This document shows, piece by piece, positions 12,197-22,793 of a stretch of 64,000 nucleotides of DNA. The stretch spans positions 91,417-155,416 of the forward strand of contig JAZDCZ010000407.1 in NCBI GenBank assembly GCA_036679605.1, written 5' to 3'. Source of the DNA: Gemmatimonadota bacterium (GTDB lineage Bacteria > Gemmatimonadota > Gemmatimonadetes > Gemmatimonadales > GWC2-71-9). The notes beneath the pieces are model-generated. The model had not been told where the DNA came from and did not search any database. It worked only from the letters and a program-made list of their open reading frames with translations. Each line of letters starts with the position of its first letter. Position 1 is the first letter of the stretch. The position numbers and the translations under genes are program-made.

Positions 12197-12205
12197 GGAG
12201 GAATA

Positions 12206-13060
12206 ATGGCAAGGGTCAGGAAATACAGGATATGGTGCGTTACGGAGAACAGGTATGTCTTCGAGTGGTCCATAAACACCCCCACACAGTGTCCGAACAA
12301 CTCGGCGGATATTATAGACCCCAGCAACATTGTCGCCATTCAGGGCGCGGGAAAGCCGCGACTCACGGCCGACGGGGATACCACGGTCGTCAGGAAGGAC
12401 AAGGCAGAGTTGACAGGCAATGTTCTCATCATGAAACGCATCGACGCTGAACTCGCTCCACAGGCCATCATGACCAAGGAGTGGATAATCCCCTTCGGGA
12501 AGACTTGGCGAATGAGACTCTTCGCGTCGTCCGTCATGGCATATGAGGTCGAGTCGCGGTTGGAGTTTTATATTCCCAACGGTCAAAGCGGATTTGTGAG
12601 GGCGAATCCGTTCGGCGACTATGCCGACGAACCCATAGCTGTACTTAAACTGGATGCCAACTCTGACTCTGCGCCGTTTTTTGAGGGCTTGCATTTCGTG
12701 GGCGACGGATCGTCCAAGCTTCGCATGGCTATAGAGAACAAAGATGCCTTAGACTCCGTGGAGGCGTCGGCGTACTTCAACGGGTATGAGGCGGATTCAA
12801 TCCAGTCGTCGTCGCCGACAATTGACACGCCATTGTCAGCAGGTGCTGTCACTGTGTCAGGAACGAGCGCTGAGTCGGACGGTACCACAGTTCAGGTGTA
12901 TGTGAACTTGGTTGTCACCAGCGCGCCTGTTTTGGTGACTGGTGGCATTTGGACATTGGGCGGATTGCCCGCTCTCGCTGCCGCAGACACAGTGCAGGCG
13001 AAGTCCACGGTCCTCGGCAAGGATGAGAGTGGTTTCTCTAACAAAGTAATCGTCGTATAA
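12206..13060 (+). CDS. Putative structural protein with C-terminal Ig-like domain
   Basis: RIWCVTE..CPNNSADIIDP N-terminus; PTIDTPLSAGAVTVSGTS...VQVYVN Ig-like tail. Confidence 0.65.
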   Translation: MARVRKYRIWCVTENRYVFEWSINTPTQCPNNSADIIDPSNIVAIQGAGKPRLTADGDTTVVRKDKAELTGNVLIMKRIDAELAPQAIMTKEWIIPFGKTWRMRLFASSVMAYEVESRLEFYIPNGQSGFVRANPFGDYADEPIAVLKLDANSDSAPFFEGLHFVGDGSSKLRMAIENKDALDSVEASAYFNGYEADSIQSSSPTIDTPLSAGAVTVSGTSAESDGTTVQVYVNLVVTSAPVLVTGGIWTLGGLPALAAADTVQAKSTVLGKDESGFSNKVIVV

Positions 13061-13070
13061 GGAGGGCTTT

Positions 13071-14099
13071 ATGGGACGCAGGCGAACTGAGGCTAGGCAA
13101 ATTACCCGCCGCATAGCGGTGTATAGCGATTTTAAGGACAAAATAGTTGACAAAGACTTGGCTATGCAGGTGGAAGAGACGGACAAATTCTATCTCCTGA
13201 AGGCCATAGACGGTCGCAGACTGTGGGTCCATCAGGTGTGGAAATCCACATACCTATCCTCTAGGACTGTGGTAGGTGTGGATCCAGTGCAGGAGGCGCT
13301 TGACCAAACAGACTTTGAGGCCAACCATAAGACCGCAGCCGAGGAAGACCCACCCACCAATGAGATGACGCGTGACGGAAAACTTTACACTCAGGCCACA
13401 CCAGCGCCGATCGGCGCGACGACATACTTCACCTCGGTCGGTGATGATCCAGCTAACCCATCAGTAGTCGGCGGTGGCCAACAGACGATGATTGACCATC
13501 AGGTGGGTGGCGGGGACGTCGTGGTGGATGTGAGGTTCAACATGGCCGCCAATAAGACCTATTTGCACTCCGGTTACCTCACTTGGGCGTCCTCTGTGCA
13601 GGACACAGTGTCCCTGCATGTGGTGGCCAGCGGTAGTACAACTGCAGCTTTGGCTGGCACGAACTACACCACACTTTCGTTTCCAGGCCATCCTTGGGAT
13701 GGAAAACTCATCACCCCGGCTGCGCCTGGAGCTGGTGATATAGATGTCATTACGCCAGTCTTGGTAGGTTTCTACCAGAGCGAGACAAAGGCTAACAATC
13801 CGGTGCCGCGGTATTGGAATGCGACATGGAACCCTGTGACGCAAGTGTATGATGGATTGGTCGCCGCCCCAGCGGGCGACGGTGAGTTCAATATGTTCAC
13901 CACGGAGATGCTCCTCCTCTGTTTCGCGAGGGAGATAATACTGGAGGGTACTAACTATTCTCCGTGGATGTTCAACTCCTCAAACTCACAGAGGTTGGGC
14001 GACGGGATGTTTATCCGGCTCACGCCGAGAACAACAGGCGTCGATCACGCGTGGCGGTGTATGTCCACATTGGTGTTGCACCGCGAGAAGACACTTTAA
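13071..14099 (+). CDS. Hypothetical, putative structural protein
   Basis: AAGGAGG RBS; in operon with collagen block. Confidence 0.65.
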   Translation: MGRRRTEARQITRRIAVYSDFKDKIVDKDLAMQVEETDKFYLLKAIDGRRLWVHQVWKSTYLSSRTVVGVDPVQEALDQTDFEANHKTAAEEDPPTNEMTRDGKLYTQATPAPIGATTYFTSVGDDPANPSVVGGGQQTMIDHQVGGGDVVVDVRFNMAANKTYLHSGYLTWASSVQDTVSLHVVASGSTTAALAGTNYTTLSFPGHPWDGKLITPAAPGAGDIDVITPVLVGFYQSETKANNPVPRYWNATWNPVTQVYDGLVAAPAGDGEFNMFTTEMLLLCFAREIILEGTNYSPWMFNSSNSQRLGDGMFIRLTPRTTGVDHAWRCMSTLVLHREKTL

Positions 14100-14656
14100 T
14101 CTGAGGATTGTGCCTCGCCAGATTCACCGATGGAACGAGCTGCTCTGATCAGCATTGCAGCCAGTCTCTCGGCTTCCTCCGGCGTGATTTTCGCCAGTTT
14201 GGTTGGAATTTCCACAGTCACGAGATTTCCATCCTTGCTGATCAGCACATTGTCGGTCGCCATACCTGCCATCGAGTAGTTCCAAGAAATACCCCTTTGT
14301 CTGCCCCAGTCCAGCCACGCCGCCGCCGCCTTCGCACGATCTGCCTTGTGTCCTGTGGCTGGATTCACTCCTGTGATCCTTTGCAGTGCTGAGAGCCAGA
14401 ATTCCGTCGAATCTCGTTCCAGTGACTCCAGCATGAATGGAATGACCTCTTCACCAAGGGATACGATCTCCAGCCATGCTGGGTGTTGTATCGCTGCCGC
14501 CTCTCCGATTGATCCAGCATCTTTCCTGCAGCGGGCAGCCAGTTCTATGAACCTTTGGTTCGTCGTGCCGCTCGTACTTGGTTCACCGCCGCGATGGTGT
14601 TGATAACCAAGCAGCTTCGATCTCAGCGCGTTGTCTGGCTTCTTACACCCATCCAT
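14096..14656 (-). CDS. Hypothetical protein (short helical domain)
   Basis: 186 aa ORF, convergent with upstream block. Confidence 0.55.
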   Translation of the reverse strand: MDGCKKPDNALRSKLLGYQHHRGGEPSTSGTTNQRFIELAARCRKDAGSIGEAAAIQHPAWLEIVSLGEEVIPFMLESLERDSTEFWLSALQRITGVNPATGHKADRAKAAAAWLDWGRQRGISWNYSMAGMATDNVLISKDGNLVTVEIPTKLAKITPEEAERLAAMLIRAARSIGESGEAQSSD

Positions 14657-14684
14657 ATGGCATTCTATCCGATAGAATCAACTT

Positions 14685-17186
14685 ATGCCGCACAGCGAGA
14701 CCGCCAAAATAAGGCAATATGTATGGCCGTGGATCAAGGATGGGAAAGGCGTGGATCTCGGTTGCGGTTTCGACAAGGTGCATCCGAGGTGTATCGGCAT
14801 GGACAGCATCAAAACGCCCACTGTGGATGTCGTGGGGAACATAACTGATCTTTCCAGATGGGGGAATGAAGAGTTCGACTGGATTTTCTCAAGCCACGCT
14901 ATTGAGGACATACCAGACACTGAAGGGACATTCCGCGAGTGGCTTCGGGTTCTGCGTCTTGGAGGCACTTTTATCGTATATTGTCCGTACAGGCACTACT
15001 ATCCGAACATCGGACAACCTGGCGCGAACCAAGATCATGTTCACGATTTCGTCCCGTCCGAGATTGTGGCGGCTCTCCGAGCAGCCGATCCGGATGTGTG
15101 GATTGTCACAGCCGAGGTGCGCGGTCATGAGAGGACGGACGAGTTCCATGAGTACTCGTGTTTGGTCATCGCAAGGAAAGGTCGCCCAGAACGACCCGCC
15201 GTCCTCATAGAGAACAACCATCAGATCGGAGATACTATATCTGCTGCTCCGCTATGCGGGATTCTGCGAGATATCCTGCCGGATTGTGAGATCACCATGG
15301 GTATGGATAAGACCGCCGTACTTATGACTGGTACTGTGGATAGGATCGGCAAGGAGGATAGGGCGTATGACCTGATTGTCCATCAGAGGACATCCGCCAC
15401 AGAGAGAGGAGATTGGCTCAGGAGGACGACGCATTTCACGCAGTTCACAGCCAGAGCCTGCGCCGAGATTTTTCCGGAGGTGATCGCGGCGCTGCCTGAT
15501 AATCCGCAGAAGGCCATTGCGTTGCCGTACCGCATTGATGATGCAGATCTCCACGGACTTCCGGAGATACCGATCGAATTTGTGGCGATTGCCATGGAGA
15601 CGCATTCGCCTCGTTGTTGGTCACATGAGAAATGGTCCAAATTGATTGGATGGCTCCTAGATCGAGAGATTTCCGTTGTGGCGATCGGGATGGACGCTAC
15701 TGATGTTCTTGATGAAAGGGTGTTGGATTTACGGGGTATGACGACATTCCGCCAAGCCGCCGCCGCGATGTCCTTTGCAAAGGTGTTGGTGTCGGTAGAC
15801 ACATCCTTCGTACATGTGGCTCATTCGCTCGGTGTGCCTTGCGCTGTCCTGATGGGTCCCAGTGATTTCCGCACGACCTTTTATGATGACACCGTTCCCA
15901 TTCGCCGCCCCAACGGCTGCGTCGGATGCTACAATTGGACATCGAACACAAAGTATGTATGGAGTGAATCTGATGTTGATGTGCCAGCCGGCGAATCCCT
16001 CCGCGAGGGTCGCCAGATGCCGATGTATGAGAGAGCCGGATGCCGTGATTTCATGTCCGGTGTGGAGTGTATGTCAGCCATACGACTTTCGGATGTCTTT
16101 GCGACAGTCGGAAAAATGTTGGGCATTGCGCCGCCGGAGAGACGCAAGCTAACGGCCGCGTACATCGTACTCAACGAGGAAGACAATTTGCCCCGTTCCC
16201 TAGAGGCTATCGTTGGTCTCGCCGATGCCGTGGTGGTGGTAGATACCGGTTCCACCGATCACACTGTGGAAATTGCACAGGACTGGTCCGAGCGGACAGA
16301 TATCCCGCTGAAGGTCGCCGAGTTCAAGTGGCGCGACGATTTCGCCGCAGCCAAAAATTTCGCCGTCGAGCAGGTGGAGACGAGCCATTTCATCTGGCTG
16401 GATGCAGACGACATCATGGAGAATCCAATCGAGGTAAGGGATGCCTTCGACTCCAGTGATCATGATGTCTACCATCTCCTGACTGATCTCGGCCCCGGTG
16501 GAAGGTTTCGAAGGGAGCGTATAGCGCCATCGTATGTCAGGTGGCTTTACCCAGTACACGAATGTCTGGACATCCGCGGCTTGGACGGGACATACATTGA
16601 CTCGGCTGTGTTGCACCGCCCAACGAAAGCCGAACACTGGATTGGCTCACTAGAGCGGAATGAGCGCATTCTGAAGGCTTGGCTGGAGAAGGAGCCGGAG
16701 AGCGATCGAGCGACTTTTTATCTCGCTGAGACACTTAGACAGCGAGGGGAGTCAGACGCAGCGGCGGCATTGTATGAGACGCACTATGTCCGCAGCACGG
16801 ATTGGAGGGAATCTTTGCTTCATTCGGCGTATCAGGTGGCAAGGCATCGACTGCATACCAGGAAATGGGAAGAGGCCATCAAATGGGGGTTGGAGGCCAT
16901 CCGCACAGATTCAGCTTGGCGCGAGGGGTACTATGTTGTCGGCGACGCGCATTTTTGGATGGGCGATTACACCACGGCATACGCTTGGTTCATCGCCGCA
17001 CATAACCTGCCTAGGCCAGATCGCAGTCTGTGGAAGGAAGAAACTATTTACAGCCATCTGCCAGCCACCCAACTCTCATATTGCTGTGAAAGGTGTGGTA
17101 ACCTAGCTAGCGCCATCTCGTGGGCCGAGGAGGCTGCCCTCGCTGGAGGGGATCCTTTAAGGCCTGCAGAACTCCGCAGCCATTAG
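14685..17186 (+). CDS. Multidomain protein: SAM methyltransferase + GT9-like + GT2 glycosyltransferase + TPR
   Basis: VDLGCG / FSSHAIE (MTase); IGDTI...VSVDTSFVHVAHSLGVP (GT9); VLNEE...VVVDTGSTD...DFAAAKN...WLDAD (GT2); TPR-like C-terminus. Confidence 0.85.
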   Translation: MPHSETAKIRQYVWPWIKDGKGVDLGCGFDKVHPRCIGMDSIKTPTVDVVGNITDLSRWGNEEFDWIFSSHAIEDIPDTEGTFREWLRVLRLGGTFIVYCPYRHYYPNIGQPGANQDHVHDFVPSEIVAALRAADPDVWIVTAEVRGHERTDEFHEYSCLVIARKGRPERPAVLIENNHQIGDTISAAPLCGILRDILPDCEITMGMDKTAVLMTGTVDRIGKEDRAYDLIVHQRTSATERGDWLRRTTHFTQFTARACAEIFPEVIAALPDNPQKAIALPYRIDDADLHGLPEIPIEFVAIAMETHSPRCWSHEKWSKLIGWLLDREISVVAIGMDATDVLDERVLDLRGMTTFRQAAAAMSFAKVLVSVDTSFVHVAHSLGVPCAVLMGPSDFRTTFYDDTVPIRRPNGCVGCYNWTSNTKYVWSESDVDVPAGESLREGRQMPMYERAGCRDFMSGVECMSAIRLSDVFATVGKMLGIAPPERRKLTAAYIVLNEEDNLPRSLEAIVGLADAVVVVDTGSTDHTVEIAQDWSERTDIPLKVAEFKWRDDFAAAKNFAVEQVETSHFIWLDADDIMENPIEVRDAFDSSDHDVYHLLTDLGPGGRFRRERIAPSYVRWLYPVHECLDIRGLDGTYIDSAVLHRPTKAEHWIGSLERNERILKAWLEKEPESDRATFYLAETLRQRGESDAAAALYETHYVRSTDWRESLLHSAYQVARHRLHTRKWEEAIKWGLEAIRTDSAWREGYYVVGDAHFWMGDYTTAYAWFIAAHNLPRPDRSLWKEETIYSHLPATQLSYCCERCGNLASAISWAEEAALAGGDPLRPAELRSH

Positions 17187-17219
17187 TGGCCATATTGTTT
17201 TCCTAAAACAAGGTTCGTT

Positions 17220-17999
17220 GTGGATGTGACATTGAACATGGTGGTGTTCGCGGAGGAGCCGGACATTCTGGGTATGTCCCTACGGCGGATCGTGCGGCAC
17301 ACGCGGCACACGCCGATAAGGTTATGGCTGCAGGGCGGCTGCACACCGCAAGTACACGAATTTTGCCAGCAATTCGCTGCCGCGCACGGCGACATTGATG
17401 TGGTCGTCTCACGAAAGAACATAGGACATGGCCCTGCGCTCGACAGGCTTTGGGAGATGTGCGAGACTCCATATTTTCTCTGTTTTGACATGGATTCATT
17501 TCCGATCGCCGACGGGTGGTTGGAGGATTTGGAGTCCAAAATCGCCAGTGGGGCCAGTTGCACAGGGGTGATTGAGAGAGCGGTTGGGCGGAGGAACAGG
17601 TGGGGGGAGTATGTACACCCATCTTGCCTTCTGATTGGGAAGGATGAGTTTGAGTCTCTGAAGCACCCGCGACATGGCTTACGGTTTGGTGGACTCTCGC
17701 CCACTAGGGCGGATGTCGGCGAGATGATAACTGTGCAGATAATGCGCTCCGGTCGCCAGTATGACGGATGGTGGTACACGCACAGCAGATTTCCAGATGA
17801 GGTGCGATGGGGCTTTCGGCACTACGGCGGTTATTGGTGTCACATATGGATGGTCTCGCAATTGGTTGGGCAGAAGAGATGGCACGGTCGTGGTGACGCA
17901 GAGAAGAAGGCTGGCATGGCTTGGGTGTATGACCTCTACGGCGTCGCACCTGAGCGGTACGCCGAACTTATGGCGGAGTTCTTGTCGGAGAATGGGTGA
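17220..17999 (+). CDS. Glycosyltransferase family 2 (GT-A)
   Basis: NIGHGPALD...FLCFDMD (DxD motif). Confidence 0.7.
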   Translation: MDVTLNMVVFAEEPDILGMSLRRIVRHTRHTPIRLWLQGGCTPQVHEFCQQFAAAHGDIDVVVSRKNIGHGPALDRLWEMCETPYFLCFDMDSFPIADGWLEDLESKIASGASCTGVIERAVGRRNRWGEYVHPSCLLIGKDEFESLKHPRHGLRFGGLSPTRADVGEMITVQIMRSGRQYDGWWYTHSRFPDEVRWGFRHYGGYWCHIWMVSQLVGQKRWHGRGDAEKKAGMAWVYDLYGVAPERYAELMAEFLSENG

Positions 18000-18421
18000 T
18001 GGAACCTACTCTTTACATGATGATCGGTCTGCCGGGTTCCGGCAAGACATGGTATGCGAACAGGCTGAAGGCCGTTAAAGTAAGTCAGGATGAGATGGGG
18101 GGTGACGGCCATCTGAGAGAGTTTTGTAAATGTCTGACGAATGGCGATTCTGTGGTGGTGGATCGCGTGAATTTTGACCGTGAGCAGAGAGATAGGTACA
18201 TCAGCCCCGCCCGGGCTAGGGGATATAGTGTCGTGTGTGTCTGGTTTGATGCCGATCAGGCAGCGTGCCTGAATCGGCTGTCAGACAGGCGTGGACATCC
18301 GACCGTCTCCGAGAGTGACAATCACGAGATGATACTGAAGCGATACGCTGGATTGATGGTGTTCCCATTGGAGGACGAATACGACGAGCTGAATGTCGTG
18401 TCGTTGGTAGATCAGATTTAG
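17996..18421 (+). CDS. P-loop kinase, polynucleotide-kinase-like (AAA_33 type)
   Basis: MMIGLPGSGKT, VSQDE, VVVDRVN...R, RRGHPT. Confidence 0.75.
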   Translation: MMEPTLYMMIGLPGSGKTWYANRLKAVKVSQDEMGGDGHLREFCKCLTNGDSVVVDRVNFDREQRDRYISPARARGYSVVCVWFDADQAACLNRLSDRRGHPTVSESDNHEMILKRYAGLMVFPLEDEYDELNVVSLVDQI

Positions 18422-18497
18422 TTGAACCATCTGCCGTGCATGCGCTGCGGGCAGGCCTGATCACCGAATAGATTCCGCAAAGGGCGGTTTCGCCTTA

Positions 18498-18851
18498 TCA
18501 CGCCGCCACTGGTATGTCGTACAGGAATATGGAGAGAATCTCCTCGCCGTCCTTCTCGTCGACGAAAAGCACTGGCAGTTCCTTGTCTGTGTCGTAGCCG
18601 GATATGACATCGGCTATGTCGATCAAGCAAGAGCTGTTGCCAGCCACTGCGGTCGTGGGAAGCCCACTGTTCACGGCCTCGCACAGATTTTCGAGAGTGA
18701 GCATCCGCCCGACAGAGGGTTCCCCGATGATTACGAGAAGTGCCTTGCGTGAGGATGTACCCCCCTTCCATCCACAGTCGTTGATTACAGCACGCTCATG
18801 ACCGGAACCCACCACTCTCATTTTCCTGCGAGAACCTTCGTCAATCATCAT
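18498..18851 (-). CDS. Hypothetical protein
   Basis: AAGGA RBS before ATG. Confidence 0.45.
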   Translation of the reverse strand: MMIDEGSRRKMRVVGSGHERAVINDCGWKGGTSSRKALLVIIGEPSVGRMLTLENLCEAVNSGLPTTAVAGNSSCLIDIADVISGYDTDKELPVLFVDEKDGEEILSIFLYDIPVAA

Positions 18852-18968
18852 TCGTTCCTTTCGTGGCCAGTGGTTTCGTTCGGGCTTCTCCGAGAATTGT
18901 AACATTCATTGTCTACGATGTCAAGTATTCCATCCGCGCTTCCAATAAAATCTTGGGTATAATCTGTT

Positions 18969-20087
18969 GTGAACGAGAGAGAACGAAAGTTTACCGAGAA
19001 CGCATCCAAACTGCTTGGACTGTGGTCTGCATATGTCACATCCGGCGGACTGGACAAACCTCCGGCTGCTGTGCCGGACGAATTATTGGACTTAGAAGAC
19101 CAAGTGAGTTCTGAGGTTCCGGCTCTCATCGGCATATGTATGGCGATTCACGCTGAGGAGCAGGAGTGTCTCCCGCAATGGCGTGCTGTTTTTGATGGCG
19201 TGGGAAGTCATGCTGCCCGCACAATACTGTCATTGTCCGCAAAGCTGGCTCTGAAGTCTCCGGATGCGGTCATGAAAATCATCCCATTGGCCACTGGATT
19301 AGCGAAATGGGCTGGCGCGGGCAAGGAGACGCTTTTGCGGGGCATGGGGTGTATGACTGCTATGACCTTGATGCGCAGCGGAAGCGCGATCGCCCCTAGT
19401 GGCACACTAAAGGAGATGGTGCGCGACGGAGCTGTGTGGTCCGTGCTTTTCCCGGGCAGTGACCCAACGCCCGTAGGTATGGCGACGCTTGGGTCGGCGC
19501 TGGCGACGCATGTCTTCCCAGAGGGCGACGCTTGGGCAGATTTTGTCGGCGCGCCGGAACCGGAGCTTTTCAGTGGCTGGGCGGCTTACTTGTATGGCGG
19601 CGGATTGGATAAACCTGTCGCGTCAGTGCATTTCTCGTTGACAGGCATACTGGGCCAAGGTGCACAACTTGTGGACGCAGCCACATCATCTGTGATATCT
19701 GCGGCGATATGCCTCGCCGCCAATGATTTGGGAGACGATTCGACCGATTTGCTCAAGGTTACGGAGATGTGCGTGCGAGAGGCGGCTGGAGACATAGAAA
19801 AATTGCTTGTCATTCTATCGGAGAGGATTGGCTCGTTCTCACAGTTGTCCGTTAAGGTAGGAAGAGAAGAATCATACGGTGCGTCAGGGTGCCTCACAGC
19901 TTTGGTATTATGGCAGGCCGGACTTATGGAATGTCTCGATCCGCACCACACTCTCAGGAGAATGGCGGTGTCGCAGGATACACGATTCGCCGCCAAGAGC
20001 AAAGTGTACACCATCGGTGAGTTTTCGCGCATGCAGGGAGATGTGCTGCGTGACATGCGGAGAGACGACGATGCCGAGGATTCCTAA
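18969..20087 (+). CDS. Hypothetical protein with two copies of a WxxYxxxGGLDKP domain
   Basis: WSAYVTSGGLDKP and WAAYLYGGGLDKP in one ORF. Confidence 0.7.
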   Translation: MNERERKFTENASKLLGLWSAYVTSGGLDKPPAAVPDELLDLEDQVSSEVPALIGICMAIHAEEQECLPQWRAVFDGVGSHAARTILSLSAKLALKSPDAVMKIIPLATGLAKWAGAGKETLLRGMGCMTAMTLMRSGSAIAPSGTLKEMVRDGAVWSVLFPGSDPTPVGMATLGSALATHVFPEGDAWADFVGAPEPELFSGWAAYLYGGGLDKPVASVHFSLTGILGQGAQLVDAATSSVISAAICLAANDLGDDSTDLLKVTEMCVREAAGDIEKLLVILSERIGSFSQLSVKVGREESYGASGCLTALVLWQAGLMECLDPHHTLRRMAVSQDTRFAAKSKVYTIGEFSRMQGDVLRDMRRDDDAEDS

Positions 20088-20169
20088 TCCTGCATGTCGT
20101 TGGTGCGAAGGCACTGACATCACACTCCACGAGCCCCCCTAGACTGAATTGCTTCGACGGTAGAATGAG

Positions 20170-20799
20170 ATGATGTTAAGAGCAAACAAATTGATATCTG
20201 CTGTGACCGCTCTGATCCTCATGCGGCTGGTTGCAGCGGCGAGGGTTTTGTCAGGGCTAGCTGCTTTGCTTTGTTTCCGCAGGCCGAAGTCGATATTCGC
20301 TGCTCCACCAGATGACTCGACGGACGAAGTAAGTTGTGCCAGTCACCCTATTAAGCCGTCGGATGAGACGCAGACCACTCCGCAGGATGATACATATGCC
20401 CCGCCGGCGGATGCTTGGAGAGAACCCGCTCGCTGGCCTCTCACAGAGGCCGTACTGTTGCAGGCTAAAAAGGAAATAGCCGATATATTGCCTAGATGGT
20501 CGATTGATATCGATGCGTTCGACTTGTTCGCATCTCGATGTCAGGAGTTCGTCCTGCGGGCAGAAACGCCGAAGGAATGGGGTTGGAGGTGCCTTGGATC
20601 GGATAAGTATGTCGTGGAAGGCCAACCTAAACAAGTGATGGGTGCACGGTTTTCTGTGTCACATACCTGCATTCACGCGATGCGGGATGATTCATATCTA
20701 GCGCAGCACATAATCGGAAAGCTCTGTGGGTTCGCTCATGACATTCGGCGGGAGGTACTACCGCCTTCTTCGGAAATACTGCCTCCACTATACCATTAA
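20170..20799 (+). CDS. Hypothetical protein
   Basis: 209 aa ORF with hydrophobic N-terminus. Confidence 0.5.
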   Translation: MMLRANKLISAVTALILMRLVAAARVLSGLAALLCFRRPKSIFAAPPDDSTDEVSCASHPIKPSDETQTTPQDDTYAPPADAWREPARWPLTEAVLLQAKKEIADILPRWSIDIDAFDLFASRCQEFVLRAETPKEWGWRCLGSDKYVVEGQPKQVMGARFSVSHTCIHAMRDDSYLAQHIIGKLCGFAHDIRREVLPPSSEILPPLYH

Positions 20800-21265
20800 T
20801 AGCTCTATTTGGGCAGTTCGATTTCGACTTGTTTGCAGTTCTGTAGCAACTGCCTCGTCCCAAGGTACATTGCTTATATATCACCGAAGAGGCAAATAGT
20901 GCTGCGGTATGACAAGCCTGGACTCACGCTAATAGGCGATGTCCACTCGAACAGCAGCGAGTCGCGTGGAGCGAAATTCGGGTCGAGAAACGTTGGATTG
21001 TCCAAGCAGAACCCGTCAAGCTCCTCTGAGTTATCCTTGATCCCGAGCCACCCTCTTGTCCGGAATCTCACAACACCGTCCTGCACGAAGCGAATCAGCA
21101 TGGAACCGCGTTGATCTTAAGGGGTCGCACATCCGCGTCACCTTATAGTCCCCCACCCCTTCTCCCATGACAGGTTGTCGGCCTTGATCATGCCTACGCC
21201 ATCCCAGGCGTGACGAGAATCTCGCCGTCGAGTTCAAACCTGCGGAATGTTTCCGGTATGTCCAC

Positions 21266-21547
21266 TCAAACATCCCCTGCTTCAGTTTTCTTCACATCTT
21301 CGTATGGTGCAACGATCCTCCGACTAAGTTCGCTTTTCGCGCAGTCTAAGGCACCGATCACAGCGTTCAGGCGGGCATAGCGGCACTCCCCCCCCCCATG
21401 GCCGCAGAGCTGCCAAGTGAGCCTAGAGACAATGTAGTTAAGCGGTCCGACCATGGCATCGTTTGAACCGAGAGATCTTAGCTTCTCGGACAGTTCGTCC
21501 ACCAAAATGTCGTATTTGGCTCTATTCTCCTGTGGTATGTATGGCAT
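21266..21547 (-). CDS. Conserved phage-type small protein (MPYI...GxLNY...YEDxKxxExGDV family)
   Basis: AGGAGG RBS; motif pattern recalled from phage genomes. Confidence 0.65.
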   Translation of the reverse strand: MPYIPQENRAKYDILVDELSEKLRSLGSNDAMVGPLNYIVSRLTWQLCGHGGGECRYARLNAVIGALDCAKSELSRRIVAPYEDVKKTEAGDV

Positions 21548-21819
21548 AACGCCTCCTTTCAGGACATTATACCTGTCTCCGCGAGGCTGTCCTCTAACTG
21601 TCCTCCTGGTTATAGGTAGGACACACTCGTAGGTTCCTGCTTCAACGAGGCATGGTTTCACTGTTCAAGCCTTAACCCAAACCAAGACCAAACACACTCA
21701 AGTAGGACAGTCAGGGCTGCCCTTTGTGGAATCTTACGCGTCCCATCCCCTTCGGCCAACCAATCCGGGTGGATTTCCGTCGGCGAGGGGCCTATAAGTA
21801 TATATGGAGGCTTTCCAAA

Positions 21820-22692
21820 ATGTTCGGCAAACATGAGATCGGCAAATTCAGGGCTTGGATGGATTATTTGAAGGGCGGCGGTCTTGACCGCCCTGCGGCG
21901 TCCATCCCGTTTGACCTGATATCCACAGATGGTGCCACCGATGACACGATACTTTTCCTAGCGAGCATGCTCACCATGGCCGCCTTTTCTGGGCCACCCG
22001 CTGCCGAGGAAGCGATGGAAGGGTTTATGCGCGATCCGGAGAACTTCGCGTCGGAGATAGATGGCGAGATCAAGGAGAAGATGGCCTCGGCGCAGGACGC
22101 GATGGACAGCATGCGATCCACCGAGGAGACACTCTTATCCGTCACGACCCTCCTGCACCTATTCGGCTTGTGGCAGGAGGGCCAAACGAAATTGCTGCAT
22201 CCGGCCTATACGCTCAGAAAATTGATCCTGGATCCCGACGAGGGCGAATGGCTTGCCAGTAGTAGATGGATGAATGCAGACGAAGATAACAATCCTACAA
22301 TGCTTACCCTTTCCGCCACAGAAGAGTTGGTTACATCGGAGCTGATGAAGTTCGGCGTCGGCCTACTGCTCCCATTGTCTGACAACCTGCCGTTCGATCT
22401 TGTGCTACATTGGGAGGGGCGGATGTTTCGGGCGAAGCTCAGACAGGCAAAGAGGAAGGACACATCGACGCGTTTTTCACTTCCGACTGACTCAGATTGC
22501 GATATCATAGTGTTGTGTGACGGCGAATCGGTCTATCTCTTGAAGCCGAAGGAGTTCAAAGGCCGCCATGGGTTTACTATCCGTCATCGCCCGACGAAGA
22601 ATGGTCGCTCGAAGGGTTGCAATTTCCACGAGGATTTCGTGGTGTCTGCGAAAAGAGTCAAGAGCGTCCTTACCTCCGGTCACCGCCGCTAG
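21820..22692 (+). CDS. GGLD(R/K)P-domain protein fused to a degenerate PD-(D/E)XK-like endonuclease domain
   Basis: WMDYLKGGGLDRP N-terminus; PLSDNLPFDLVL...FRAKLR C-terminus. Confidence 0.6.
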   Translation: MFGKHEIGKFRAWMDYLKGGGLDRPAASIPFDLISTDGATDDTILFLASMLTMAAFSGPPAAEEAMEGFMRDPENFASEIDGEIKEKMASAQDAMDSMRSTEETLLSVTTLLHLFGLWQEGQTKLLHPAYTLRKLILDPDEGEWLASSRWMNADEDNNPTMLTLSATEELVTSELMKFGVGLLLPLSDNLPFDLVLHWEGRMFRAKLRQAKRKDTSTRFSLPTDSDCDIIVLCDGESVYLLKPKEFKGRHGFTIRHRPTKNGRSKGCNFHEDFVVSAKRVKSVLTSGHRR

Positions 22693-22793
22693 AATATAGC
22701 ACGGGGTCGTTTTCCACTCTGAGGATAGCCACTGGGCAGCCGACCCTTTCCTTGCGCTGGGTTTGATGTTGTCTTTCCGCCGCGCGGTTCAAT

